A stretch of DNA of 63,167 bases, counting the filler. It is 11 parts of 11 records of this genome, joined end to end, with 100 filler letters (N's around TTAATTAATTAA, not from the genome) between each part and the next. Parts side by side here need not be neighbours in the genome. Positions count along the whole stretch, not along the records: positions 11,961 to 25,644 come from SRR15195285_1079; 10 more parts are not named here. One strand, written 5' to 3'. The first letter of the stretch is position 1, and every line of letters begins with the position of its first letter. Shown piece after piece: positions 11,961-23,818 of this stretch. Made by a program: the position numbers and the translations under genes. The notes beneath the pieces are model-generated. The model saw only the letters and a program-made list of their open reading frames with translations, was not told the DNA's origin and searched no databases.

Positions 11961-14789
11961 TGACGCGGCTTGTCTTTGGCCTCCGGTGTCCAGTGTTGGC
12001 ACGCAGCGGCGCAGCTATCCTTTGTCAGTTTCTTTCTCAGGTCGCCACATGAGCTCTTGGGCATCCACAAGCAACTATGATTGGGGTCGTAGCGCCACCC
12101 CTGCTCACGTCACGGCAGAACCTCAATGAGCCAGCAATACCTATTCAGGTGGAGTTGCAGGGAACATACCGCACTCGTCTTATGCTCGGTGTTGTTCGTA
12201 CATCCAGCGTGGCTCACGTCGTAACACCCTAAGGGTGTCGGGTCAGGCGTGCAGACGGGCGGTGGAGCTGGTGGTGCTTCATCGCCGCAGTCGCCAATCT
12301 GATATATATTGTGCGAGGCAGCGTCGACGTAATCCTGTCCGACAGGTGCACTGCCTGGATGAGAACACATTATTGTCGCCTACAAAGCCCAGATGTGTGA
12401 GCAATGTGTTGCGGCACACCGAGAAGGTTCCATCCGGAGACACCGTGATAGCGTAGTCCGCCTCAAACATACGGACGACGCGCATCGACCACCAAGTCGT
12501 ATTAGCAGGGAAAGAGCCCCCAAGTTTCAAGGTGAAGGACTGCGATGATTGCTCGGCACCATTCGCGACGACGATGTGACCTATCATAATCATGTAGAAA
12601 GCGTCTTTCAAGCTGAATTCTTGTGTCGGAGTTTGATCTCATGCATGAGGCAAATTGGCAAACTGGCAAATGAGTGTCAATTTTGAGTACGTACCGCAAT
12701 ACGTTGAGTTTCCACCAGGGCCAGTCACGAGCCCTGGAGCTTGGCGCCAGGCCCGTGCACTGAGAGACTCGCCACCTGCCCAGCCCCTCACACCCGTAGG
12801 GGGGACTAGAATGGTATGATTGAGAACTGTCACATTTGGCTGTGGCAGTCCAAACGGCGCTGAAATGCTTGGCAGGATGACTCGCATCTGCGCTGCATAC
12901 GTCTCCACCGCTGCATAGAGTGGCATGCTCGCTTTGCTGCCTGTCACACCAGGTACACACTTCCTTGTCAGAAGTTTGAAGCGCTAGTGTGAAACAACTG
13001 AGGCCTTCTCACCCCAAAATGTCCTCTCCGGGTGAGACCCTGCGCCGCCCCAAGGTGCGGAACCCATCGGCATCGGTTGCTCCCCAGCAAAGATTAGCTG
13101 GTGTGGAGTTCCTGCGGCTATCACAGAGATCCACATCAGGGTCTGCAGCACGCGTGGTGACTTGTGCGGGGTCAAGCCTTCCTCGAGTGTGTAACTACCG
13201 TCACAATTGACCATAGCCTGCCACGGAACCTGCGCGAACAACAATCAGAGCAGCAAGCGGGCTGATGCTCGAGGAACTCAAGGGGTCGATTTTGACACAG
13301 ATTGAACTGTGTACCGTGGCCATTCTCGGCATGAGGCGAACGTACCCCTCTTCGCAGGGCCCCATCATCGTCTTTCGCGTGCTGGTCCATGGAGGGCGAG
13401 TAGTTTTCGATCATGACTATGTCCAGCGACAAGCCCGTTACGGGTTTGATCGGGGCTAGGTCTCCGCAATCGATGCAACATCCCCCGCCCGTCGGATTCT
13501 TTGTGCGATCACACGCTGCTGGGTACCGTGATTCACAGGGTTTGGGCGGCTGCGCCCCTTGGGCTTCTGTGCAGGTGATAGAAGGAAGCATTGGAAGCGT
13601 GTCCAACTTGTGCTGTCCGTTGCCGATGATCTGTGAGTCGGTGTATTGTGCTTTGTTTCCCGCAAAGCCAGCGCCCACTGAAAGGTGAAACGGATCGAGC
13701 TGGCGAATGGTGTTGTATGCCGATGCCATATCGGCCCCGGGCCCGCAGTCATCGCACAGATAGTATGCCAGCAAGGCTGGATGGTCCTTCACAAGCGCCA
13801 CGTTTCGTTCGATCACAGAGAGTGTCACATCTGAGACACCGCATGCGAAACCATTAGAAGAGACTCGTACTTCAAGATCTTGCCCTGGCCAATCAGACCT
13901 GGAAGCTCACGCTGTGCTGGGAGGGTGGGGTTTGGAAGGGCAAGGTCTTGCGAACCCAGCAAAGCGTGAGATGTTCCACTGAATGAAGCTCACTTGTATA
14001 ACCATTGCGATCGAGGCCCTGCCCAGCCATGTGGTGCAGAATCTTCACGCCATGGGCATGGGCAACGTCGAAGTAATTCAGGATGAGTAGCTCGAGCTCC
14101 TCCACTGGCAAGCCTCCAATACCATCATGCTCATATGGATCGAGGTTATACGGCATGACCGCGGTGATGCCACGGTCCCCCATCGCGGCGACGCCAGCTG
14201 TCATGTTCCCTACTCCCCAGCGGATGCACTCGGCGGTGCGATTAGCATAGCCAGGATCCCCCTTTTTCGGAAAGTTTGGGGAGTTCGCGTCGCAAGGTCC
14301 GCCGCGTGGGCCTTCCCAGTCCTTGGCGTTGTAGATGTACCACCCCATCAGAGCCCATGGCTCACCGTCCACACGCAACCCTCGCGTCGTGTGGTCCACC
14401 TGCGCCGTGTTAGTGCTGTTTGATTTCCATGCGCGTTGGAAACGCCTCCGAATGTTGCCGCTCGCCGCTCCGGCGACGGTGATGTTCATGTCATTGTTCA
14501 GCAGTTTCGGCAGCGGACTGAGTGAGAAGGGGAGGATGTACTGCTCTTGGCCAGGCTTGGCAATCAACGTCCAATTCCAGGACGCGCCCGCGCAGGGTAG
14601 ATCCGCAGTGATCTGCAGCGGCTTGCCATCCGAAAGCGCCGGGTCTAGCTGCACCAGCAACTCGCCCGTCGTCTCCGTGATGTAGGGACGCCGACTGATC
14701 GCGATGTCCCAGGACAAGCCTGCCGTATTGTATTCTGCACCGGAGGCGGCGCGTGCGAGGCTGCTCAGGGCGAACGTCGTCAGCATCAT
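11961..14789 (-). CDS. Secreted putative glycoside hydrolase (TIM-barrel-like, family unassigned) with C-terminal WSC-like domain, 3'-truncated
   Basis: Hydrophobic N-terminus; LRVDGEPWALMGWY, GITAVMPY, VKDHPALLAYYLCDD and YNTIRQLDPFH; PPAPPP linker; LGCYD...LTKDSCAAAC (WSC-like). About six introns, including 13831-13993, 13230-13345 and 12941-13012. The ORF runs off the contig. Confidence 0.6.
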
Positions 14790-15447
14790 CCGCTGCGTGC
14801 CGCGACCGCTTGGACGCGCTAGTACACGTACCCCTAGCAGATCTGCGTGAGCTACGCGCCGGTCGTCTATCTTCTACATATATACATCATGCAGTTGAAG
14901 CGAGTACCCAGCAGTACCGCGCCCTGCGCGTGCGCACCCATGCAACTCCCAAGTTGAAAGTATCATTATAGTAACATTATTGCAATAGTATACAATCAAT
15001 ACCGTATGCCACGCCGAGAAGTGCCCAGGTGCCAGTCCGCTCTCTCGGGATAGCGGCAACGCGCGCCGGAAATCAACGCAGTCTCGTAGCGGAACGCTCC
15101 AACGCCTCGGCGCCGCCACGAGTATAATAGGAATTGTTGATGGACATCATTTCGTCGAACTGAACGTACGCGCCGGTACCGGCGTATTACTCTCGATCAT
15201 CGCAGAGGCGCGCGCGGCGCCGGCGCTGCCGGCGAGGCACGGTGGCACGGCGCACGTCGGCAGCAGGCGCTCGGTTTGCGCTGGGGAGCTGGAGGCGCGC
15301 CTCGCTGCGGTGCCACTCGCCACTCGCCACTGGGAGAGGGCGCGGTGAGGCTGCAGCGACGCGCATGGCTGGTCGCGCGCGCGCCGAGTGAGCAGGAGGC
15401 GATCACGGTTTGAGAGCGTGAGAGGCATTTTTGTGGCTCGGGACCGG

Positions 15448-16110
15448 ATGGAGTTGAGCGAGGCAGTTGAGGCCCGGACTTTTGAAGGCCGAGCTACGTC
15501 AGACCTTTTTGAGGAAGTCACGGTTGCCCTCGGTGATATCTCGGACGGCGCCCGTATCCGTTGGAGCGGCGTAATCGAGGGAGTGACTGCGGCTGCAAGG
15601 GATGACGCCGCAGGTGCCACAGCGGGCTCGGTCTTATTGGCGGTGGTTGGCTCCAGCGATACTGCCCTTGGCAATGAGCAAGGCGAGACCTTACAGCGTG
15701 TTCGGGCTGCCGCTGCACTAGCGCTTGAGCCCGAGCCTGAGCCCGAGCATGCCCAGGCACAGCTGGCTGGATCGGAAAGTCCAGACGGAGGCATGCGACA
15801 GATGCTTGAATTCCAGGCTCAGCGAATCGTGCAACTCGAAACTGAGAAGCGGCAGCTGGAGGAAGAGGTCGAAAGATTGCGCAGAGCGTCGCTAGCCCAG
15901 TCGCCACGACCCGAGGAGGGCGTCCCTCCAGAACAGGTAACAACTTCGGCGCGGGCCACAGAAGATGTTGGAGACGGCGCGGCATTGGTGGCCCGTGGCC
16001 AGAAGCAGATTGCAGAGCTTAAGGAGCTCCTGCAACGTTCACTTGCCCAGCTGGACAAGAACGACAGTTTGCCCTCCAGGCCTGCTGCCGCTGCAAGCAC
16101 GGTACCCTAA
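15448..16110 (+). CDS. Hypothetical coiled-coil protein
   Basis: ORF from ATG 15448 with an EPEPEPE linker and heptad-rich segments (IVQLETEKRQLEEEVERLRR). The start is uncertain. Confidence 0.6.
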   Translation: MELSEAVEARTFEGRATSDLFEEVTVALGDISDGARIRWSGVIEGVTAAARDDAAGATAGSVLLAVVGSSDTALGNEQGETLQRVRAAAALALEPEPEPEHAQAQLAGSESPDGGMRQMLEFQAQRIVQLETEKRQLEEEVERLRRASLAQSPRPEEGVPPEQVTTSARATEDVGDGAALVARGQKQIAELKELLQRSLAQLDKNDSLPSRPAAAASTVP

Positions 16111-16180
16111 TCCCAGCCCTACCGCAGGAGCTACCGGTAGTACGCGAGACATGGATGCAGTAACAATTGCGACTTCATTA

Positions 16181-19100
16181 TCACAGGTCCGGCGATGGCT
16201 GATGTATCCACTGTAGGTTGAACGCAAAATGGTTTCGCGACGTAATGACATGAATCGTTCCGTCGAGACCTTTGTGCGAACGCACGCCAGGCAGTCACCT
16301 CAGCAGTCACACACGTACACAATGAAGACAGATGCACATGTAGACACAGGCAGGCTCGAAGATAGACGCCTCTCGCCCTTACTTTGTTTTGTTGCTACGT
16401 AGCCATCGGGTTCTGAGTGAGTCTTGCTCATATTATAGTAGACCCCTGGATCAGAAGAAGACACGCCTACGGTGAGACACAACAGAAAGTGTTGATCGCG
16501 TGCTGCGTACCGTCCATCGCCTCGACCATCTGACCAGCAGCACGATTGTCGCTAACCAGCTTGTGCGCTTCCCAGCTCGAACCGTCATCGTACGAGAGCG
16601 CCGTGTACAAGCCACACACCTGCGTAGCGTTAGCAACAGTATAGACAGCCAATCAGACTACTTGAAATCAGGTAACAAAAGAGAAGTCTTGGTATTGTGC
16701 CTTTGCATGCTTCTCGTTTGTGTGGACACGCACCGGGCGCTCCTTGCCCGAGACAGTTTTGACCAGCACTGGTGGGTACATTTTCGGTTTCTCCTCCGAG
16801 TTTGCGAAAGCAGTCATCAACAATGGACCCTGACAGAATATGTGCGCACAGACGCAATTGTCTCTCGCCATCTTTTTGAAAGTAGTCATTATGTCAAGGC
16901 GCAAGAAAGCCAATCTAGTGCAGAATTATGCATGTGCGTGCACTCATGTACCTCCTTCAGTCGCAACAGTGTTTCTCGTTGCCCGGCATGAATGCCAGGA
17001 AACGGGCTGACCCCATATTCCCAAGACTGACCCATATCGTCGCTCCTGGACATTGCCATGCACGCCATATTTGCGGCGTAGGGGCAGGGGCCATCGTGAG
17101 CTCGACCAAACGCCTGCGACATCATCAAGAAGGGAACATCAAAGAAATTCCTTTGATTCTTTCTTGCTACCGCTAATTCATCTGGGATGCCCAGCCGCTG
17201 CCTATCAAAAACAAGTGCTCCTACCAGAAGCGAGCCGTTGTTCAGCTCCACCACAGCTCCGTGCAGGCCAGCAATGTTGCCCCCAGGATCAATGAAATGC
17301 TTGCCGCTGTCGGCGCTGAGGTGGATTGCTGTGCCTGCCGGTGATGACCCGTTGTCTGACGGAAGGAGTAGCATGCCGTTCTTCAGTCGAATGACGGTCT
17401 CTACCGGCTGGTGGCTGCAGAACGGTCACATGGAAACCAATCTCATCACCAGGCAAGTCCTCGAGAATGCTCGTTGCAAGTGACGAACCAAGCTTACCGC
17501 AGCGAGTAAAAGTCCATTGATTCGACAGGCTGGACATTCCTGCAATCCACATGCCAATGGCCTCAGCAGCGTCGACGAACACCCATGCAATTTTCGAGAC
17601 AATTTTGTGGTGTATCTGAAATCGTTGGTTGTGCACTCACCATGTCTCGCCTCCGTCTGCACTGACATGCCGCAGGACAATCCCATTGCCGTAGCTTGCC
17701 TGCGGCGATTGCTGAGAAAACAGCAGCAGCTCTCCAGCCGCCTGGCCCAAAGAAACGTTTTGGTCAGACAGAACCACAGCGGAAATGTGTGCTGATACTT
17801 ACCTCGTCAGCAAACATTGCAGGGCAGCACATGCAGCGATCAGGGGGGTCGTAGAGCGACCGAACTGGCCCCCAGTCCAGCTCTCCTGCTTTCAAGGTGG
17901 CGATGGCCAGTGCTGCCTCGCGACCGGGCTCAACGTAAGTCGTAAACCAGACCGCAACGACATCGCCACTCCCGGGAACGACAGCCAGAGCAGGGTCATG
18001 GTTGTGTTTCGACCAGAGCGGGCCAGTGGAACCGTTTTTGATGTTAACGTACTGCAGCGGTCCAAGAAATAGCGCGCTTCCGTTCGTATTCCAACCTGCT
18101 ATTGTTGCCAAAGCGTGTGAGGGTGCGGAGCGCGGAGTGACAGTAGCCACAATCTGAGGATCGACCACACTGAGGAGTTTGGGTGTCGCAACAAGGCGGA
18201 ATCCTGTGAGCCAAGTGCGTTGTCCAGGCAGGTTGGCTGCACGATTGCCAGAGCGGAGGTAATAAACCTCCGTGGAGTGGCTGCCGCCACGACTCACTTT
18301 GAATGTCCTGCAAAACCGCGGCACGCGCAAATGCTCAGCCAGTCGTGTAAGCTCTGAGAGTAATCGCCCTGATTGTTGTCAACTGACGAGGCGCAACAGA
18401 TAGCTCCTGAGCTGCAATCTACTGGCTCAGTCGTGCAAGTTCAGTCTCCACTGACATAGGCCAAGTATACATGATGCACGCACCCGTTGGCTGGTCCAGT
18501 TGGATCAGCAGCAGGCGACTTCACGTAATAGTCGGCTTCATACCAATCGGACACCCACTCCTCGACGTTCCCGTGGCAATCATGTAGCCCCCAATCGTTG
18601 GGAGAGAATGATCCAGTGCGCAGGAAGCCGTCGAGCACCATCTCGTTGTCGCACGGGCTGCCGGCCGGCGCCATCTTACATCTGGGAAAATCTGTGACGT
18701 CTTGGAATCTCTGCTGCGAGGTGGGAAACACGTCCCCAGTGTTGTAGTATGTCGTTGTGCCAGCGCGACAGGCGTACTCCCACTCAGCCTCCGACGGGAG
18801 CCGCCACGCCCGCGTCGGGTCACGCTCAGTGAGCCACCGGGCATAGTTGGTTGCGTTGAGCCAGGATACGAATACCACCGCCTCGTAGTCTTGCACTGAG
18901 AAACCGAGCCGCCCGCGCGTTTCGCGGTGCGACGGGTCGAACGCTTCGTATTCCGCATTTGTCACTTCCGTCGCCCCTATCTCGAAAGGCTTTGTGATGC
19001 TTACTCTGTGGTTGTGCCGCTCGTCGTAGTCGCCGTAGAGCTTGCCGCAGCCTGTGGAATCGCGTGTCGTGTTGGTGCAATGGTGGTATGACGTGAAGGT

Positions 19101-19360
19101 CCTGTTGCGAGGCATTCAAAGCGGAGCAGCTTCAGGTCACAGCCTGATCAGCGCTAGCGCTGGCGCTGCTGCGGCCAGTACTATATAGTACGGCAGCGTT
19201 GCTAGCAGTCTGTGCGAGTGGCGCACATTTCCAGAGGCAGTGGTGTTCGTCCAACGCCCATCTCGAAGGCCCCAGCAGGAATTGGCACCGTGCGCGGCAT
19301 CAATGTTGATGCGGCAGCCAGAGCGGCAGCAGCGGCGGTGAGAATCAGTGGTATTGCCAT
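16181..19360 (-). CDS. Secreted FGE-sulfatase (SUMF1-like) domain + BNR/Asp-box sialidase-like propeller fusion
   Basis: 11 exons: 19227-19360, 18484-19101, 17803-18307, 17641-17741, 17498-17539, 17225-17414, 16952-17113, 16734-16829, 16511-16619, 16383-16445 and 16181-16269. Signal peptide; FGE motifs IPAGAFEMG, EVTNAEY, RLPSEAEWEYACRAG, PNDWGLHDCHGNVEEW, RGGS and GFRLV; Asp-boxes SADGGETW, SADSGKHF, SDDMGQSW and SYDDGSSW. Confidence 0.88.
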
Positions 19361-19985
19361 CGCGCACGGCCGCGACGGCACTAAGCTGTAGTAGTGCGCT
19401 CCGGTGTACGTGCGTGCCTGTACAGCACTCACTACTACGGTACCTTCGATACGCGCACCGCCCCCTTGATGTTGATCGACCTGACGGACCGTACCGGTAC
19501 GTACCGCCGCGCGCGCGAGCGTTGCGATACTACCCGCGGACAGCCGTGCAACGGTACGGGGTACGCGTATAGGGGGGTTGCCGGCGGGTACAGCCGGCGT
19601 GCTAGCCGTACTTGTTCTTGTACACGTTCGGAGTGCCCGACTCTATTTCTTATTGACCGAGAATCAACCCAATACTAGTAAGTCGTGTTGCTGCATTGTG
19701 TTAATCCGAGTTGAATATACTGTACCCAATATTGTGAGCCTAGTGCTCCTTCGAATTCTACCAGTTTCGCTAGCTAGTATCTTTTGCAGTACCCAGATTG
19801 ACAATAAAGCCGCGCGACGATATCGATGGCGCTTAGATGCAGCCTGGAGGCACCCCCGGCGGCGCCGGCTAGCTAGTGTGGGCGCAGGTGCACGCTCCAT
19901 CGTCGACGGCCAAGGAAACACCCAGGTCGCCGTCTCGAGTTTATAGAGGCGGTCGCTTTGTCTGCTGTTTTGAGAGGGAGCGACG

Positions 19986-22900
19986 ATGGACGACAGCGAA
20001 GAGGAGAACGCCGGTGCCCTGTACCAGGAGGCGCAGGTGACGGTCGTGTCCGGCGCTGGCGGCGGCAATCGATTCACGGGAACGGTGGCGGCGTTCGGTG
20101 CAACCAGCGCGGGTGTGAGGGGGCGGAGCACCGTACCGGCCAAGCCGCGATACGCAGAGAAGAAACTGACCGCGCCGAAGATTTCCGGCAACGTGCTTCT
20201 GGTGGAGCGCGGCAGGGTGACGTTCCAGCAGAAAGCCTTGCGAGCACAGGCTGCCGGCGCGGTAGCCTGCGTGTTCATCAACTCGGACAATGAGCCGTTC
20301 GTTCCCTTCGGCGACGGTGATGACGACGAAGAGACGATTCGGATCCCCTGCTGCTGCATCGGCCAGTCCGATGGTGCGTGGCTGCTCAAGACGGCTCCGA
20401 GCAGGGTGTCGATTGATTTTGAGCCGGCAGGGGGCTGGGGATCACAGTCTGCCGTGCCTGTAGTAAGCAGCGGTACTGCCAGGTTGCGTGGCTTATCTGG
20501 TGAAACGCGCAGTAGCTACAGTGACGCATCGACTGCCTCTAACCAGATGCGGCTCTCGGTCGCCACGTCTGAAAATTCCGTCGCTGGAGAAGATGCTGCC
20601 CCGACGGTCGAGACGTTTGCACGGGCAAAATTCAGCTGGAAGTCAGACCATCCGCGCGATCTGGTGTTCAAAAAGGGCGAAATCATTGAAGTTCTTGATG
20701 GTGAGCTGGACGTGGCCTGGTCTGTTGCCATCAGTGGATGAGGAGTGTGTCGCAATTGCCGCCCTTACTAACACGCGGACACACATGGTCGTGCGCAGCA
20801 AACAAGCCTGGTGCTGGCTGGTCAACCGGGCGAATTGGTGATAGATCGGGGATTTACCCTGCTAATTATACCGAGCCATATGTCAGTGCAGCTTCAAGCA
20901 ACCGTCTACCGCCGAGACAGTTCACTACGGGCAGCAGCGTGACGAGCCGCAATGGAGAAGTTTCATCTCCACCCGGGTCTTCCGGCTCTCGCTACTCGTC
21001 AATGCCAAGCAGCCGCAGTAGCTTGTCAGTGGACGAGTCCAAGAGTTTGGCTTTCGCTGACATTGCAAAGCACCAGCAGAAGTTAAAGCATCGCGCGGTG
21101 CAAGCCTGGATGAAAGTGTACGAGCGCGCCATCGCGTCTGGCAACCCGGGCGAGATTGAAACTGCGATCCGTCGGTCTGAAGCTTTTGCCGATGCAGTGA
21201 GTTCGCAGCTGGCTGAGCTGAAAAAGACAGCTGATAGAATAGCAAAGTATGAGATGCGACGGTTGCACGCTCAAGCTGATGCAAACATGAAAATCAAGTT
21301 CCAGGAGGATGCACTTAGCTTAAAGACTCGCGTTGCTGACTGGCGCCGACAATATCGTATAGCAAAGCGTCAGGCCCGAGAAGAGGGCAACAGCGGCCCA
21401 CTGTTCAAAGCTTACTTGGCGTCAAACGATTTTCCGCACGCTGTCGGACCACAGCGAGAGAAAATGCGTGCAATCCTCGATTCTCTCGATGTGTGGTGGG
21501 AACTACCGCGCGTATTTCACGTTTCTTTGGTGGAAATTTGTCGCTCCGGTCGGGTAGAATTGGATGCAAGCGGTGTACCTGACTTTTTCGACCATTGGCT
21601 TAAACAATTGGAATCTACAGGTGCTGGACAAACAGAGGGCTGTTTCCGCGTGCCAGGTCACCAGGAGGACGTTATGCTGCTCAAGAAATACTACGAGCGA
21701 GATAGCAAAGCGACGGGCTTGCCGATGTCACAACTGCACAGCAAGGGGCGCACTTGCCACGAGTACGTCTGCATTCGCACATTTATCGCGCACGCCCATA
21801 CGTCAGCACGCGAAACATCAGAAAAAGACTCAGAGATACGGAGAACTTGCTTTGATGTGGTGGCGATTCGATTACCTATGTGCGTGTCTGACTTGTAGGT
21901 ATGCTAGTTTGCTCAAGATGTGGCTGCGGGAACTTACGGAACCGCTGGTACCAAGTCGTTTGTACGATGATGCAGTCGCTGTTGGACGGCAAGGGCCTGC
22001 AGCAGGACACAGGCAACTCGCGAAGTTCTTGGCCAAGATGCCAACGGACAACAAGCGCATCGTGACTCGGTTGAGCGATTTCCTCAAGAATATGGATGTG
22101 CGTAAGACGCGAATGGACTTCACCAACTTGGCGATCGTGTTTGCTCCTTGCTTTCTTCGCCATGACGACGTCAACGTGTTCATGGCAAATCGTGATTTTG
22201 AGGTCGAGTTTACACGCCGTGTACTTGTCTACGCGGGTGGTGAGGGGTCGACTTACAAGCATGCGACCACACCAGCAATAGCAATTGCGCGAACATCCAT
22301 CAGTGGGGCGTCGGCACCCGAAACATCCGTGCCCAACTCACAGATGCCGGTTGTTGACGGCATGCTGCAAGTTCCAGAATTTACCCCGCCACTGAATCCT
22401 GATGCTGTGCCGCAAGTTGACGCTGAATTGAAACCTGCAAGCTCGCTGACGCTCGCTGAGCTGCGCAGGGAGAGGCAGCAGTCAACGCAAGAAGCTGCAG
22501 AACAGGCGTACGAGGTGGAACATCAGGCGCGCTTAGCAGCAGAGGCATGTGAGGAGCTTGCAGAACGAGAAGAACAAGAAGCGGCGGAGGAGCTAAAGCA
22601 GACTGAAGCGCAAATACGTAGTCTGTCCAGCAGCAGCAGCACAGGCAGCATTGTGAGGTTATGCAGTGTTCTATCGCATGACGTAGTCACAAGTATGTGG
22701 GTAATCTTGGTATCATGCCTGTCGGTGTTTTGCTAATTTTCTTTGCAGGCAACATTCGGCGAGATTGCGAACGTCCAGAAGGACGACTTGGACTCGGGGT
22801 CGAACGACTTGAGTGAGCAGGCGATACGCAGCTTTCTATCACAACGCGAGAACGATCTTGGTCGATGCGGAGGCTATCAGCAAGCTACATCTATTGCTAA

Positions 22901-23746
22901 AGAGATCATGAATCTGCGGAAAGATCCAGCTCTGAAGGCACAGCCAATTGAGGTGCAAGATTCGGTGCGCCCTACTACCCCACAACAACCTATGCTTTTG
23001 CTGAACACTAGCAATACGATGCAGGTGGGCAACGTGGCGACGCACGCGATCGAGCTTGCTGAAAGTCTCCGATATCCGGCATACTCCGAACCGGAGCCAG
23101 AGCCAGAGCCACCGGCCACAATGTTTGCAGATGTTGCAAACACTGTGGTCAAGTTACCAGAGACGATTCGTGCGGTTGAACGCACACAGCGCCATATGAT
23201 GGAACCAGTCCGACGCGGCCGGGCACGGAGAACAAACACGGTGTGATCCTCCGCGCTGCTGTCACGCGCTGCTGGCTTCATGCCTCTGAGATGCCACAAC
23301 CTTCTTTCGCAGCAACCTGCTGACAGTTCTGTGCCTGCCATTTCCATGCTATCTCCCGGTGCAATCAGATCGGCGGCAACCGTAGCGCCACTAGGCAAGA
23401 GAACGAGCAACTGCAAGGCCCACATTCCGAGTCTGACCAGGAGACACAACTGGCTCGACGTGACTCAGGGAATGGGTCCTCGTCTGCTACGGTGCTCTAC
23501 GATTTCACTGGGGCTGGCGCGGGTCAGATTGACGTCAGAGCTGGAGAAAAGGTGCAATTGCGAGCAGATGCACCGGTGCGCCTCGCTTCAGCATTCAGTT
23601 GTGTGCTGCAGTTAAGCCAGCAACCACCGTGGGCTAACAATAATCTCGCACGGTAGGAGGGGGATTGGTGGCTGTGTGCAGCGAGTGGCCAAGTTGGCTG
23701 GGTGCCAGCCACGTATCTTAGTGCGCAGCAACTCACGCTTCGGTGA
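19986..23746 (+). CDS. PA domain - SH3 - RhoGAP - SH3 protein
   Basis: PA (VLLVERGRVTFQQKALRAQAAGAVACVFIN), SH3 (ARAKFSW..DLVFKKGEII..W..GIYPANY), RhoGAP (EGCFRVPG, ASLLKMWLRELTEPL, RMDFTNLAIVFAPC) and a second SH3 (ATVLYDF..WW..GWVPATYL). Introns 20701-20798, 21763-21898, 22653-22748, 23241-23368 and 23576-23656; stop 23744-23746. Confidence 0.88.
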
Positions 23747-23818
23747 GCTAGTGACCCGAGGATTTTAATGGGCAGTCAAGGATCGTGCACAGATTCATCG
23801 GTTGTACTAACGAGTTGT

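Noticed and set aside
17795-17804. ATACTTACCT resembling the 5' end of U1 snRNA
   Set aside because: It is the reverse complement of a consensus splice donor (AG|GTAAGTAT) of the minus-strand gene, and no U1 body follows.
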